Source: Gemmatimonadota bacterium
GTDB taxonomy: Bacteria; Gemmatimonadota; Gemmatimonadetes; Gemmatimonadales; GWC2-71-9
DNA: 14,210 nt
Reading direction: 5' to 3'
Assembly (NCBI GenBank): GCA_039586365.1
Contig: JBDHKN010000119.1
Location: forward strand, 1 to 14,210
A program made the position numbers and the translations under genes. Below the pieces are notes generated by a model that saw only the letters and a list, made by a program, of their open reading frames with translations, was not told the origin of the DNA and did no database searches. Positions 1 through 8,105 of the stretch are shown one piece after another (position 1 is the stretch's first letter; every line of letters starts with the position of its first letter).

Positions 1-499
1 GCCGGGTGGCTCCGTACGATGAGGCGCCCAGAGACAGGACAGTCACCGGATGAACTCGCAGGGCTTCTGCCGCGGTGAGTGTGGCAATCACTGATGCGGG
101 GAAGGAAGCGGATGCTCCCACCGCAATCGTATCTCCGGCAGATACACCGGCACGACTCAAGATGTGCACGAGGAGTCCGGCCATGTCCGGGTTTGTGGTG
201 GTCCGCTTCGCCTCCAACTGACCGAGAGTCGTGAACAGCGGGGTGTATTCCGGACCGACCAGACAAGTGCGGTTGGGATCCAGCGATTCACTGATCGGAA
301 TTCCCGCTGTCTCACAGAACCTCGCTACAGCGTTGGTCGCCTCGAACATGCGATTTGCTGCCTCACGCATCTCCTGTGACCATGGTATGGATCGCGCAGG
401 GGAGATAGTCTGCAGAACCGGCCAGGCGATAAGGCTCACCATCGCAGCCAGTATGATCTTGACCTTCACGCAGCCAGCTACAGGCAGACCGGGTTTCAC
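1..499 (-). CDS. pgsW: Poly-gamma-glutamate system protein PgsW (N-terminal part; gene continues beyond position 1)
   Basis: Translated by hand, not in the ORF track. GTG at 499 follows GAGGT, which overlaps the pgsC stop, and the frame stays open to the window edge: MKPGLPVAGCVKVKIILAAMVSLIAWPVLQ...LDPNRTCLVGPEYTPLFTTLGQLEAKRTTTNPDMAGLLVHIL..AGVSAGDTIAVGASASFP...LSLGASSYGATR. The DPNxTxLxG, TTLGxLEAKRTxTNPD, GDxVAVxxSxSFP and GASxxG motifs match the PgsW family as I recall it. It has an N-terminal hydrophobic segment and lies directly downstream of pgsC. Confidence 0.88.
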   Translation of the reverse strand, partial: MKPGLPVAGCVKVKIILAAMVSLIAWPVLQTISPARSIPWSQEMREAANRMFEATNAVARFCETAGIPISESLDPNRTCLVGPEYTPLFTTLGQLEAKRTTTNPDMAGLLVHILSRAGVSAGDTIAVGASASFPASVIATLTAAEALRVHPVTVLSLGASSYGATR

Positions 500-506
500 A
501 ACAACC

Positions 507-941
507 TCACACCAAGCTCATCAACCGACCCAGCCAACCGATCACCACAGTCACGGTCACCAGCGCAGCCGTAGTCACCACGACACCCTGCCGGTCGAAC
601 TGGTTTGCTATCAGTCCAGGGATCACCCAGCCTATCACTCTGAATTCGAGGGAGAGCGGGAAGATGTAGGGGAAAAGTTCGAACCAGAGCAGCGCCCACA
701 ACCCGCCAACGAGGATCAGAAAGACGAAACGACGTCGTCCGAACAGGATGAACCAACGACAGGAAAGCCGGTAGACGGCTAGCGCTAGTAGAGCCGCGAC
801 CAGTGTGCCAGCGATCCTCTGTGGCTCCTGGAGGAAGAGCACGAGGTAGCTGGGTACTATGATCCCGCCGGGATAGAGTCCAGTCAGACCGATAAACCCC
901 AGCGAAACCAGCAACCCTACAAAAGGGACTTCAAACACCAC
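507..941 (-). CDS. pgsC: Poly-gamma-glutamate biosynthesis membrane protein PgsC/CapC
   Basis: 144-aa hydrophobic protein with the CapC-type motifs TGLYPGGIIVPSYL, LFGRRRF and IGWVIPGLIANQFDRQG. It starts 6 nt after the pgsB stop. Confidence 0.95.
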   Translation of the reverse strand: MVFEVPFVGLLVSLGFIGLTGLYPGGIIVPSYLVLFLQEPQRIAGTLVAALLALAVYRLSCRWFILFGRRRFVFLILVGGLWALLWFELFPYIFPLSLEFRVIGWVIPGLIANQFDRQGVVVTTAALVTVTVVIGWLGRLMSLV

Positions 942-947
942 AGTATC

Positions 948-2153
948 TCAAATATCCCAAGGTTCACACACCCGTCTCCAGTGCGCCACCAGAGACTCAC
1001 CCGCTCCTGCGATATTCCCGAATCCGAACACGATTCCTCCCGTGTCACCTATGCCCGACATCACCGTCTGAGTCATTCTCGACGGTCGGGTCCTGTGGAG
1101 CACTTCGACCGGCACCTCGTCAGAGCGCCCTAGACGTCGCCGGAGGACCGGTGCGTGTAGTCCGCACACATAGAGGCGATCGAATCGACTCAGGCCTCCC
1201 CCTGCCAGCGACTCCACCCACTGGAGCGTCCGGTCACCTCTATCGGAACGCAGATTCAACAGACCGACGCATGGTTTGGGGTCTGTACCCAGTGCGCTCA
1301 TGACCTTGTCGTGGATGAGCAGCGTGGATTCGGGGTCGTTGGCCGCGAACGCGTTCACCAGATAGCAGTCGGTTTGGGCGTTGCTCGGCCGGTACCGCCA
1401 GATCCTGAGAGCCCCGCTGTCGCGGCGGGTCCGTGCAATGCCCTGCCGTATCGTCTCGTCACCCACACCGAGCGAACGGGCAACCGCACACACCAGATCG
1501 ATGTTCTCACCGAATTCCGAGACAGTTGGCTCAGGCCCGCCCCCCGCCAACGCCGACGCTGTCCGCGGCGGCACCTCTATCAACTCTCCCCCTTGCTCGG
1601 CGACCGTAAGGCGGAACTTCGGAACGCACTCCTGCTGTGGCACAAACACGCGGGCTCCCTGCGGGATATCCAACCCAATCACCGAGACTACTTCGTCCCG
1701 TGTCTTACCCATGGCAGCCGTGTGGTCGACGCGGAAGTTGGTGACGAGGACCAGGTCAGGCTTGATCAACCGGTGGGTTTCCACGAGGTGGTTCTCGGGG
1801 TGGATGCTCATGATCTCGACCACCACGGTGTCAACACCCAGGTTGGCCCCCAAGCGGACGAAGTGTTTCTGCTCGATGATGGAAGGGTGACCGCGCCTTG
1901 GGACCTCCTGCTCCGAACCATCCGGTAGTATGCGGGCAGCTTGAGATCCGGTGGTCTTGGCCAGAACCTGTCGTCCACTGTTCCGCAGCACCGAGGCGAG
2001 CGTTCGTGTGACACTAGACTTCCCCCGGGTTCCAGTGACCGCGATGACGAGCGCGATGGCTCTCCGATGACGGTCCAACCGGGTTCGCTCTAGAGTCAGA
2101 CAGGCGAACGCAACGGCGGTCGATAGCAGCAATAGGACCAGAGTCATAGCCAC
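948..2153 (-). CDS. pgsB: Poly-gamma-glutamate synthase PgsB/CapB (Mur-ligase-like ATP-dependent amide ligase)
   Basis: 401 aa with an N-terminal membrane anchor, P-loop VTGTRGKSSVTR, and the PgsB motifs AKTTGS, IIEQ, TNFRVDH, NAFAANDPEST, NLRSDRGDRT and GFGNIAG. The start could be GTG 2153 or ATG 2147. Confidence 0.95.
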   Translation of the reverse strand: MAMTLVLLLLSTAVAFACLTLERTRLDRHRRAIALVIAVTGTRGKSSVTRTLASVLRNSGRQVLAKTTGSQAARILPDGSEQEVPRRGHPSIIEQKHFVRLGANLGVDTVVVEIMSIHPENHLVETHRLIKPDLVLVTNFRVDHTAAMGKTRDEVVSVIGLDIPQGARVFVPQQECVPKFRLTVAEQGGELIEVPPRTASALAGGGPEPTVSEFGENIDLVCAVARSLGVGDETIRQGIARTRRDSGALRIWRYRPSNAQTDCYLVNAFAANDPESTLLIHDKVMSALGTDPKPCVGLLNLRSDRGDRTLQWVESLAGGGLSRFDRLYVCGLHAPVLRRRLGRSDEVPVEVLHRTRPSRMTQTVMSGIGDTGGIVFGFGNIAGAGESLVAHWRRVCEPWDI

Positions 2154-2332
2154 ACGGTTAGGGGGATGGCTGCGACCGAGAGTGCCTTAAGCTATGGACC
2201 GGCTATAGACTCTGCCAGGCAGCACGTACACCCATAAGCAGGGGGTAGCCCTAGCAGCAGCCCGCGAGCACGTCGCGCAACACAGCGAAACCGAGGACGT
2301 GAGGCAGGGCAATCCTCCCCCAAACGATAGGC

Positions 2333-5300
2333 CTACCTCTGGTCAGGTCCGGTCCCCGAATCGACAGCTGGCGCGAGCCGGTGCAGACTAACCATGAACG
2401 GCCCCCCTTGTTCGGGCTGCCCCTGCACACGCAGCGCCGCATACGGCACGCGCCCCGCGGCGTGCGCCGCAGCTGCGATCCATGAGTGCACTTTCGCGGT
2501 CCAGCGAGCCCCCTCGCTACGCTCCTGCGGAAGGTCCGTGGTATTTACCATCCCGTATGCCGGGTTGAACACTACGTCCAGGTACTCATACGTCGTTTCA
2601 CTCCCTGGCACGGTGGGGGCATCCACCACGATCTTCCACTTGCCGGCCGCCGGATTCTCCACGATGACCGACTCTTCACCCACCGGATCGGCGTCGGCCA
2701 GAGCACCGCGGCACTCCTCTCCGGTGCAGTCGAACAGGTACACATCGATGTCGGCAGCGGGATCCGAAAGATTCGACGCCCGGACCAGCAGGGCCATGGA
2801 CCCAGGCAGTACCTCCACCTCAAACATCTGCTGTTCCTTTTCCGCGATTTCGCGGCGCTCGTGCCGGGCGCTTCCCATCGGGGTGCTGATTGCCCCTCCG
2901 GTAAATGCCGCCATCTGGTTAGTGAGCCACACCTCGCTGGTCGCGCCTGCGCTCCTGCTACCCTCATCCACTAGTTCGCCACCTTCATCCAGCAGAGTCA
3001 GCTGCGTGGCCAGCCCTGAGATCGTGAGCGTTGCTGGCGTCGGCGGCACGGGTTCGGGCTTCTTCGCCTGCTCCCAGTCAAACGTGCGCGTGTCAGCGAC
3101 GTCCGTGAGCCTCACTTCCCAAACTCCGGGCATAGGATCGGCAACGACCTGCGTGACCCTCCTAGTCCCTTGCGGTGTTGTGCGGGCCCCTCTCTGCTGG
3201 CGTGTATCCGGACGAACGACCGTGAGACTCACTTCCCGCTCCGACCAACTCAGATCGATCTTGAGAGCAGTCAGCCCTTCAGGAACGCGATAGAAAAAGC
3301 TGCGCATGCCAGGTCGGGGTACCTCCGTCTTCTTCTCGATCGTGAACTCCTTCGCGGCGGTGAGGGGCTCCGCCACAACCACTGTGGCGAGCGTCCGGTA
3401 AGCGTATCCCGGAACGTCCTGGTGATCCAGAGTGAGGTGTGCGGTGTGGGCCCCGTGCGTACTCGGCGTAATGGTGATGGGTACCGCCACCGGCCTATTG
3501 AGCGGAAGTGTCACGGTCAGCGGTGCCGAGAACGTACCGTTGTCGTTGCCAGTCCAACTCAGAGTGAACGTCATGGGTGCACTCGGGCCCGCGGCGCGGG
3601 TGAGGGTGATCGTACGCTCCTCCCGGTCGCCGACATTCCACCCGTCCCGCTCGAAGAGCCCCACCCCCTCATTCGGAATTGGTAACAGATGGCTGTACGA
3701 GTGTCGCACCGGTGCCCGACCATTGATCGTCACCTGCTCCCCGACCGTGTCCAGCGCTTTGAGGATCTCCCATGCGCCGGCAACGTTCACTACACCATTG
3801 CCCTGCTTGTACGCCGGAAGGTGCGGCACGTAGCGCGCCGACCGCGTGATGGCGTGCTTTATCCGGTACGCGTCGTAAGTCACTCCCTCCTGTTTCGCAG
3901 CACTGATCAGCAATGCCACAGCTCCGGCAGCAGTAGGTGTCGCCGTCGACGTTCCCCCAGCGATGGTGTAGCCAGGGGGCAGCTGGAACAATCCGGGAAT
4001 CGCCCTTCCCTCTTCGAACCCACGCGCGGTACTCACGTAATTCGACGGTGAGATCACATCGGGCTGGAGCGCTCCATTGCCCATCGGGCCGTAGCCGCCG
4101 GTGATGAGTAGGTTGTCGTCATGCTCAACGCGCACACCGTGATTGGTAAAGAAGTTGTCTCTGCTCTCGTGTCCACCGATACCAATGACACCACGGGCCA
4201 ACACGAAGTCGTCAATACCACCGAGTATGGGGTAGTTGTGGGTGGGTGAGACGATTGATGTGCCGTACTTGTCGATGAGGCGTTCATACACAACTGTAGG
4301 CACCAGCCGCCCATCGCGCAGTAGATAGTTCCGCGTGATGAGAGAGCTCTGCTCGAAATACACCACGTCGACCGAAGGATGCTTGACAGCCTTGATCGTG
4401 GCCTCTGTCTGCCCGTACGCCGACCCTCCCTCCGACACACTGGCGAGGCGAGCTCCTGGTGCCACACCGTCGAACCGTCCCTCTGTCCCACGACTCGCCA
4501 CCGCTGCCCCGACCACAAGCGACGCGTGGCTGGCCACACCTAGGTTCAACGCAACGAGCTTCTTCTCGCGGTCGATCTGAATGGCGAACGCCACCGACTC
4601 GCGGACGGGGGTATCCGGGTCGTCCGTTCCAAATACTCCGAACTCTGGACGCTCGTTGTACTCGGTGAGGGCAGTCTCGTCTGCTAGACTCAGGTCCTGG
4701 TCGGTGTCAACCCACACGTCGTTGGTCTCCTCGTCCCAGAGCACTGCAAAGAGCCGACTCGAGCCGTCAGGATTCTTATCGCGGTTGACGTCCTTATCCA
4801 GGCCGGCACGGGACAGCGAATCGTTCTTGGCCTCGTCGAACATCGCGATGCGGAAGGTGCCGTTGCGCGGTGCCGTGTAGGTCGAGTCCCGGTACACAAA
4901 GCGGTCATCCGTTGCGACAACCATGTCAGTCATCCGCAGCCAACGGCCGTCGTCCTCCTCCTCTGCATCCAAGGCGGTCTCATAGATGGCAATCTTCGGC
5001 GTGGGTTGTCCACCGAGGGTCGTGGCGACCTGCAGCTCGGGCAGGAGGGGGTCCGGGTTCATGTCGATCATCGCGATCGTCACCCCACGGCCATCGAAGC
5101 TCGGGTTGGCTTTCAGGAAGTCTTCTGCCCGTATGTCGGCGAGGGGACTATACCGGTTCGTGATCGGATAGTCGGAGAGCACAGGTGGCCACACTGCCTT
5201 GGTTGTGTCAGGTCTGACGGTGTCGGCTGTGGCAGTCGGCAATTCACCCACGGCAGGCGGTGGAGCTCCCGCCTGGGCGCCCAGGTCGGCAAGTCCGAAC

Positions 5301-5641
5301 GTGCGGGACCGCCCGGTGATGGAGATGTCGATACTATGCACGGTTGCATGGCTCGCAAGCAGCTCAACACTATCCACGGGAATACGCGCCCGCATGTAGT
5401 CGACGTCGTCATCCCGGAACTGAATGGTTCCGCCGAGTTCGGCGATGGTGCGTGCCAAGCGTGGGTTCGCGCCCGGCATCGCTGCAACCACCACGAGCAC
5501 ATCGCTCTCACCTCGCGCCCGGGCTGCAGCTAGCTCACCGCGCGCGTCTTTGAACAAGAACGGACGCCGCGGTACCTGCGCGGATAAGCCGGGCGCGCCG
5601 ATAATCAATGCGAATGCAAGAAACAATCGAATGTGTCGCAT
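2333..5641 (-). CDS. Secreted S8 (subtilisin-family) serine peptidase, large TPP-II-like type with C-terminal PPC-like beta domains
   Basis: Triad in subtilase order: Asp (GRGVTIAMID), His (ASHASLVVGAAVA, followed by DGVAPGARL) and Ser (GGTSTATPTAAGAVALL); also LQPDVISP and QGNGVVNV. A long insertion lies between Asp and His, and a PPC-like segment (AADIDVYLFDC...ESVIVENPAAGKWKIVVD) is near the C-terminus. I prefer ATG 5641 over TTG 5692 as the start, because GAGGT lies 6 nt upstream and a Sec signal follows (MRHIRLFLAFALIIGAPGLSA). Confidence 0.88.
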   Translation of the reverse strand: MRHIRLFLAFALIIGAPGLSAQVPRRPFLFKDARGELAAARARGESDVLVVVAAMPGANPRLARTIAELGGTIQFRDDDVDYMRARIPVDSVELLASHATVHSIDISITGRSRTFGLADLGAQAGAPPPAVGELPTATADTVRPDTTKAVWPPVLSDYPITNRYSPLADIRAEDFLKANPSFDGRGVTIAMIDMNPDPLLPELQVATTLGGQPTPKIAIYETALDAEEEDDGRWLRMTDMVVATDDRFVYRDSTYTAPRNGTFRIAMFDEAKNDSLSRAGLDKDVNRDKNPDGSSRLFAVLWDEETNDVWVDTDQDLSLADETALTEYNERPEFGVFGTDDPDTPVRESVAFAIQIDREKKLVALNLGVASHASLVVGAAVASRGTEGRFDGVAPGARLASVSEGGSAYGQTEATIKAVKHPSVDVVYFEQSSLITRNYLLRDGRLVPTVVYERLIDKYGTSIVSPTHNYPILGGIDDFVLARGVIGIGGHESRDNFFTNHGVRVEHDDNLLITGGYGPMGNGALQPDVISPSNYVSTARGFEEGRAIPGLFQLPPGYTIAGGTSTATPTAAGAVALLISAAKQEGVTYDAYRIKHAITRSARYVPHLPAYKQGNGVVNVAGAWEILKALDTVGEQVTINGRAPVRHSYSHLLPIPNEGVGLFERDGWNVGDREERTITLTRAAGPSAPMTFTLSWTGNDNGTFSAPLTVTLPLNRPVAVPITITPSTHGAHTAHLTLDHQDVPGYAYRTLATVVVAEPLTAAKEFTIEKKTEVPRPGMRSFFYRVPEGLTALKIDLSWSEREVSLTVVRPDTRQQRGARTTPQGTRRVTQVVADPMPGVWEVRLTDVADTRTFDWEQAKKPEPVPPTPATLTISGLATQLTLLDEGGELVDEGSRSAGATSEVWLTNQMAAFTGGAISTPMGSARHERREIAEKEQQMFEVEVLPGSMALLVRASNLSDPAADIDVYLFDCTGEECRGALADADPVGEESVIVENPAAGKWKIVVDAPTVPGSETTYEYLDVVFNPAYGMVNTTDLPQERSEGARWTAKVHSWIAAAAHAAGRVPYAALRVQGQPEQGGPFMVSLHRLAPAVDSGTGPDQR

Positions 5642-6219
5642 ACCGTTACCTCGATATGGTTGTCTGGATCTCATCTGGCGCGGCTCAGTCAAGCTGAGTT
5701 TAAACCCCGGTGAGACTCAGTACAGGTGAGGTCCCAAGCCTGTCTTGCTGGCGTCATCGGACGGGCGTCGTACCGTGGTACGCATCTGGTGGTGGGACCC
5801 AGCTAGAAAAACTCATTGGTGCGTTAGTCCCTACATACGTGGCTTGGAGGGTGAATAAGCAGTATGACGTGCCGTACGAGTGTTGGCTAGATGTGGTTAG
5901 GGCTCCGAGACGGTGCTGCCGCAGCCTGTGGCTCCGTCCTGAGTCGCGAAGCGATCTCAAGTACCTCTGCAGGACTCGCTTGCCCAACTCGTCCAGTCGC
6001 GGGTACGCATCTCCGGTCTGCTCCACCTCATCATCGCCGGCGTTTCAGGCGAAGACGAAGCAGACGAGGCCGGCGAGTAGACATTGCTCCATGCTTACAT
6101 GATCCTGGAGAATCTGTGAGCCTTGTGATCGAGAATCCGATCTGTGAGAAACCGATTGATGCTTCCAGTCAGAATGGGCAGATTGTGACCACACCCAGCA
6201 ACAGCTCAGGGAGAATCGC

Positions 6220-7662
6220 ATGACGACTACACGGCGACACTTCATCCGTCAAATGGGAACGGGCCTCGCGGCCGCCGGTTCCGCAGTGGGTGCCCTTGCC
6301 TGCAGTCCACGAGACGAAGGCTCCGCGGTTGGGAGCCGCGGCTTAGCCGGCACCGCGCGCAACTCTGAGGGACTGCTCCAGCCCGATCCCGACCACGTGG
6401 AGCCAGCACCCGTCGGGTACGACCGCCTGCCGCTGGAGTGGCATCAGGCGAGAGCCCGAGAGTTGAAGGTCCGTGTAGCAGACCGCGGTGCAAGCGCGAT
6501 CCTGCTCGGGAACGACCAGAACATGGTGTATTACACAGGGTGCTTCCGTGGAAGTGGCGAGCGCTCTACGTGGGCACTGTTCCGGTCGGATGAGGAAGAT
6601 ACTGTGTACTGGTACTCACCCGGCATCGACCGGGACCTGATCGATTCGTGGTGGAGCACTGAAAACGAGTACTACTTCTGCTATCCCCACGCGGACGGTG
6701 GCTTCCCAAACCGCGGGCAAGTGGTGCAGGGTGCACGTGTCGATCTATTCGAGTGGATGCTCGACGGTCTCAAGCGGCGAGGACTGGCGCGCACAACCAT
6801 CGCGACGGACTGGACGCTGAGTGAGCGACAGCTTGCCAGCGTACGGAAGGTCATACCAGGGACCCGCTTCGTGAACGTGCAGGGCGACTGCCTGGCCATG
6901 CAGCAGGTGAAGACGTCCGAGGAGAACGCACTCACTCAGCGCGCCTATCGCTACTTCGACCGCGTCCATGCGTTTGCCCGCGACTACATCCTGGAACGGG
7001 GTACTGACCTGACGGACTTCGAGTTGGGTCAGGCACTGCAGGCGTACGGCGTCCAGCTTCTCATGAATGATCTGATAAAGGACGGGCGTCCGCACTCGGC
7101 GGTCGGTATCGAGGTTTCATCGCATTACGTGCGGGCAGGTGTTGCGAGCGCCTATCCGCATCCGAATCAGTTCTTTCACCAGAAGATCGAGCGGGGACAG
7201 ACAGTATATGTGAACACTGATTTGAGACTCGGTGGCCTCGGGGGAGAGTGCTACCGCAACTACCTGCTCGCTCCCTGGACTGCGGGGCAGGAGCGGATGT
7301 GGGAGGTGGTGGCGGAAACGATCCAGATCCAAGAGGAAGAATCTAAAGCGGGCGCCGTGTGCTCGGATATCGCGGCCAAGATCCACCAACATCAGGTGGA
7401 CGCGGGGATGGCGGAGTTCATCTACCATCGACCCGCTCACGGGCAGGGACAGTTCTTTGTTGGACACCAACCACCGTTCATTGCTCTCGGCGATCACAGC
7501 GTACTAGCAGAAAACATGACGTTCAGCATGGAACCCGGGCTGTATGACGCGACACGGGGCTGCGGCATTAACCCGAGCGACAACCTCCGCGTGACCGCTA
7601 CCCGGGGCGTCCGGTTCTCGAGCGTGCCATTCTCGAAAGAGTGGAGTTTCCTGGAACTGTAG
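6220..7662 (+). CDS. M24 (Xaa-Pro peptidase/creatinase, pita-bread fold) family protein, predicted Tat-exported lipoprotein
   Basis: 480 aa with a GGAG SD upstream. It begins with a twin-arginine motif (TRRHFI), a hydrophobic stretch and the lipobox ALA-C. It has a creatinase/prolidase-like N-domain (ASAILLGNDQNMVYYTG), the linker VKTSEE, and C-domain motifs HP, HRPAHGQG and NMTFSMEPGLY. Confidence 0.87.
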   Translation: MTTTRRHFIRQMGTGLAAAGSAVGALACSPRDEGSAVGSRGLAGTARNSEGLLQPDPDHVEPAPVGYDRLPLEWHQARARELKVRVADRGASAILLGNDQNMVYYTGCFRGSGERSTWALFRSDEEDTVYWYSPGIDRDLIDSWWSTENEYYFCYPHADGGFPNRGQVVQGARVDLFEWMLDGLKRRGLARTTIATDWTLSERQLASVRKVIPGTRFVNVQGDCLAMQQVKTSEENALTQRAYRYFDRVHAFARDYILERGTDLTDFELGQALQAYGVQLLMNDLIKDGRPHSAVGIEVSSHYVRAGVASAYPHPNQFFHQKIERGQTVYVNTDLRLGGLGGECYRNYLLAPWTAGQERMWEVVAETIQIQEEESKAGAVCSDIAAKIHQHQVDAGMAEFIYHRPAHGQGQFFVGHQPPFIALGDHSVLAENMTFSMEPGLYDATRGCGINPSDNLRVTATRGVRFSSVPFSKEWSFLEL

Positions 7663-7709
7663 AGTTCACGGCGGCCGTGTCGTGTACTCGCGTTCCCGCT
7701 GTCCGATTG

Positions 7710-8105
7710 ATGGCTCACCTGTCGCACAAATGGAGTACCCCGTGGGCGACGCGCCCAGCCGGTGGGGCAGGAGTCAAGGAGAGCTCACTCACAGGGGCGC
7801 GCGGCACTCTCGCAGTGAGGACGCCTGCCGTCGTGGTGAGGAGGCATACAGTTGTCGCGGGGAGGCTCACGTACGTGGCGGGAACCCTCACTTCTCTCGC
7901 GGGGAAGCGCACCTACGTCGTGGGGAGGCTTACTCTCGGTGCGGGGAGCGTTACTGTCGTCGTGGGAAACGTTACTTACGTAGTGCGGAAGCTCACTCTT
8001 GTCGTGGGGAAGCTCACCTGGCCTGTGCGGGAGCTCACCCATTTCATGTGGCAGCTCACTCTATGCGCTGGGAAGCCCATCGGCACGACAGTGGGACGCA
8101 CGTAA
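7710..8105 (+). CDS. Possible small 7-residue-repeat protein ([VA]-G-[KR]-L-T-x-V)n; coding status uncertain
   Basis: The frame is open across the whole array (7641/7710..8105). Thr is kept in 11 consecutive units using all four ACN codons, and Gly/Leu/Val also vary synonymously. There is no clear SD and no family I recognise. Confidence 0.3.
   Translation: MAHLSHKWSTPWATRPAGGAGVKESSLTGARGTLAVRTPAVVVRRHTVVAGRLTYVAGTLTSLAGKRTYVVGRLTLGAGSVTVVVGNVTYVVRKLTLVVGKLTWPVRELTHFMWQLTLCAGKPIGTTVGRT
7815..8087. repeat. Array of 13 degenerate 21-bp tandem repeats (consensus ~GYGGGGAAGCTCACNNNNGTC)
   Basis: Units start every 21 nt from 7815 to 8067 with no indels. Examples: 7857 GCGGGGAGGCTCACGTACGTG, 7899 GCGGGGAAGCGCACCTACGTC, 7983 GTGCGGAAGCTCACTCTTGTC, 8004 GTGGGGAAGCTCACCTGGCCT, 8025 GTGCGGGAGCTCACCCATTTC. 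Confidence 0.9.

Noticed and set aside
2201..2218. Sigma-54 promoter for pgsB (TGGCA...GC on the minus strand)
   Set aside because: The GG-to-GC spacing is 11 nt rather than the required 10, and the -12 element is not TTGC.
2270..2320. c-di-GMP or other riboswitch upstream of pgsB
   Set aside because: There is only a superficial GCGAAACC/GGGCAA resemblance, it is on the strand opposite to pgsB, and I could not build the conserved two-stem architecture.
5642..5692. N-terminal extension of the S8 peptidase from TTG 5692
   Set aside because: ATG 5641 has an SD and directly begins a signal peptide. The TTG lies within a small hairpin (CTCAG-TCAAG-CTGAG) with no SD.
6045..6047. Selenocysteine recoding of the in-frame TGA
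   Set aside because: There is no redox-motif context and no recognisable SECIS-like hairpin immediately downstream. A nonsense mutation or chance is more plausible.
6115..6199. CRP/FNR site from the TGTGA motifs
   Set aside because: None of the TGTGA copies has a TCACA half-site 6 nt downstream.
7815..8087. CRISPR array
   Set aside because: The period is only 21 nt, the repeats are degenerate, the variable parts are ~7 nt, and there are no cas genes in the window.
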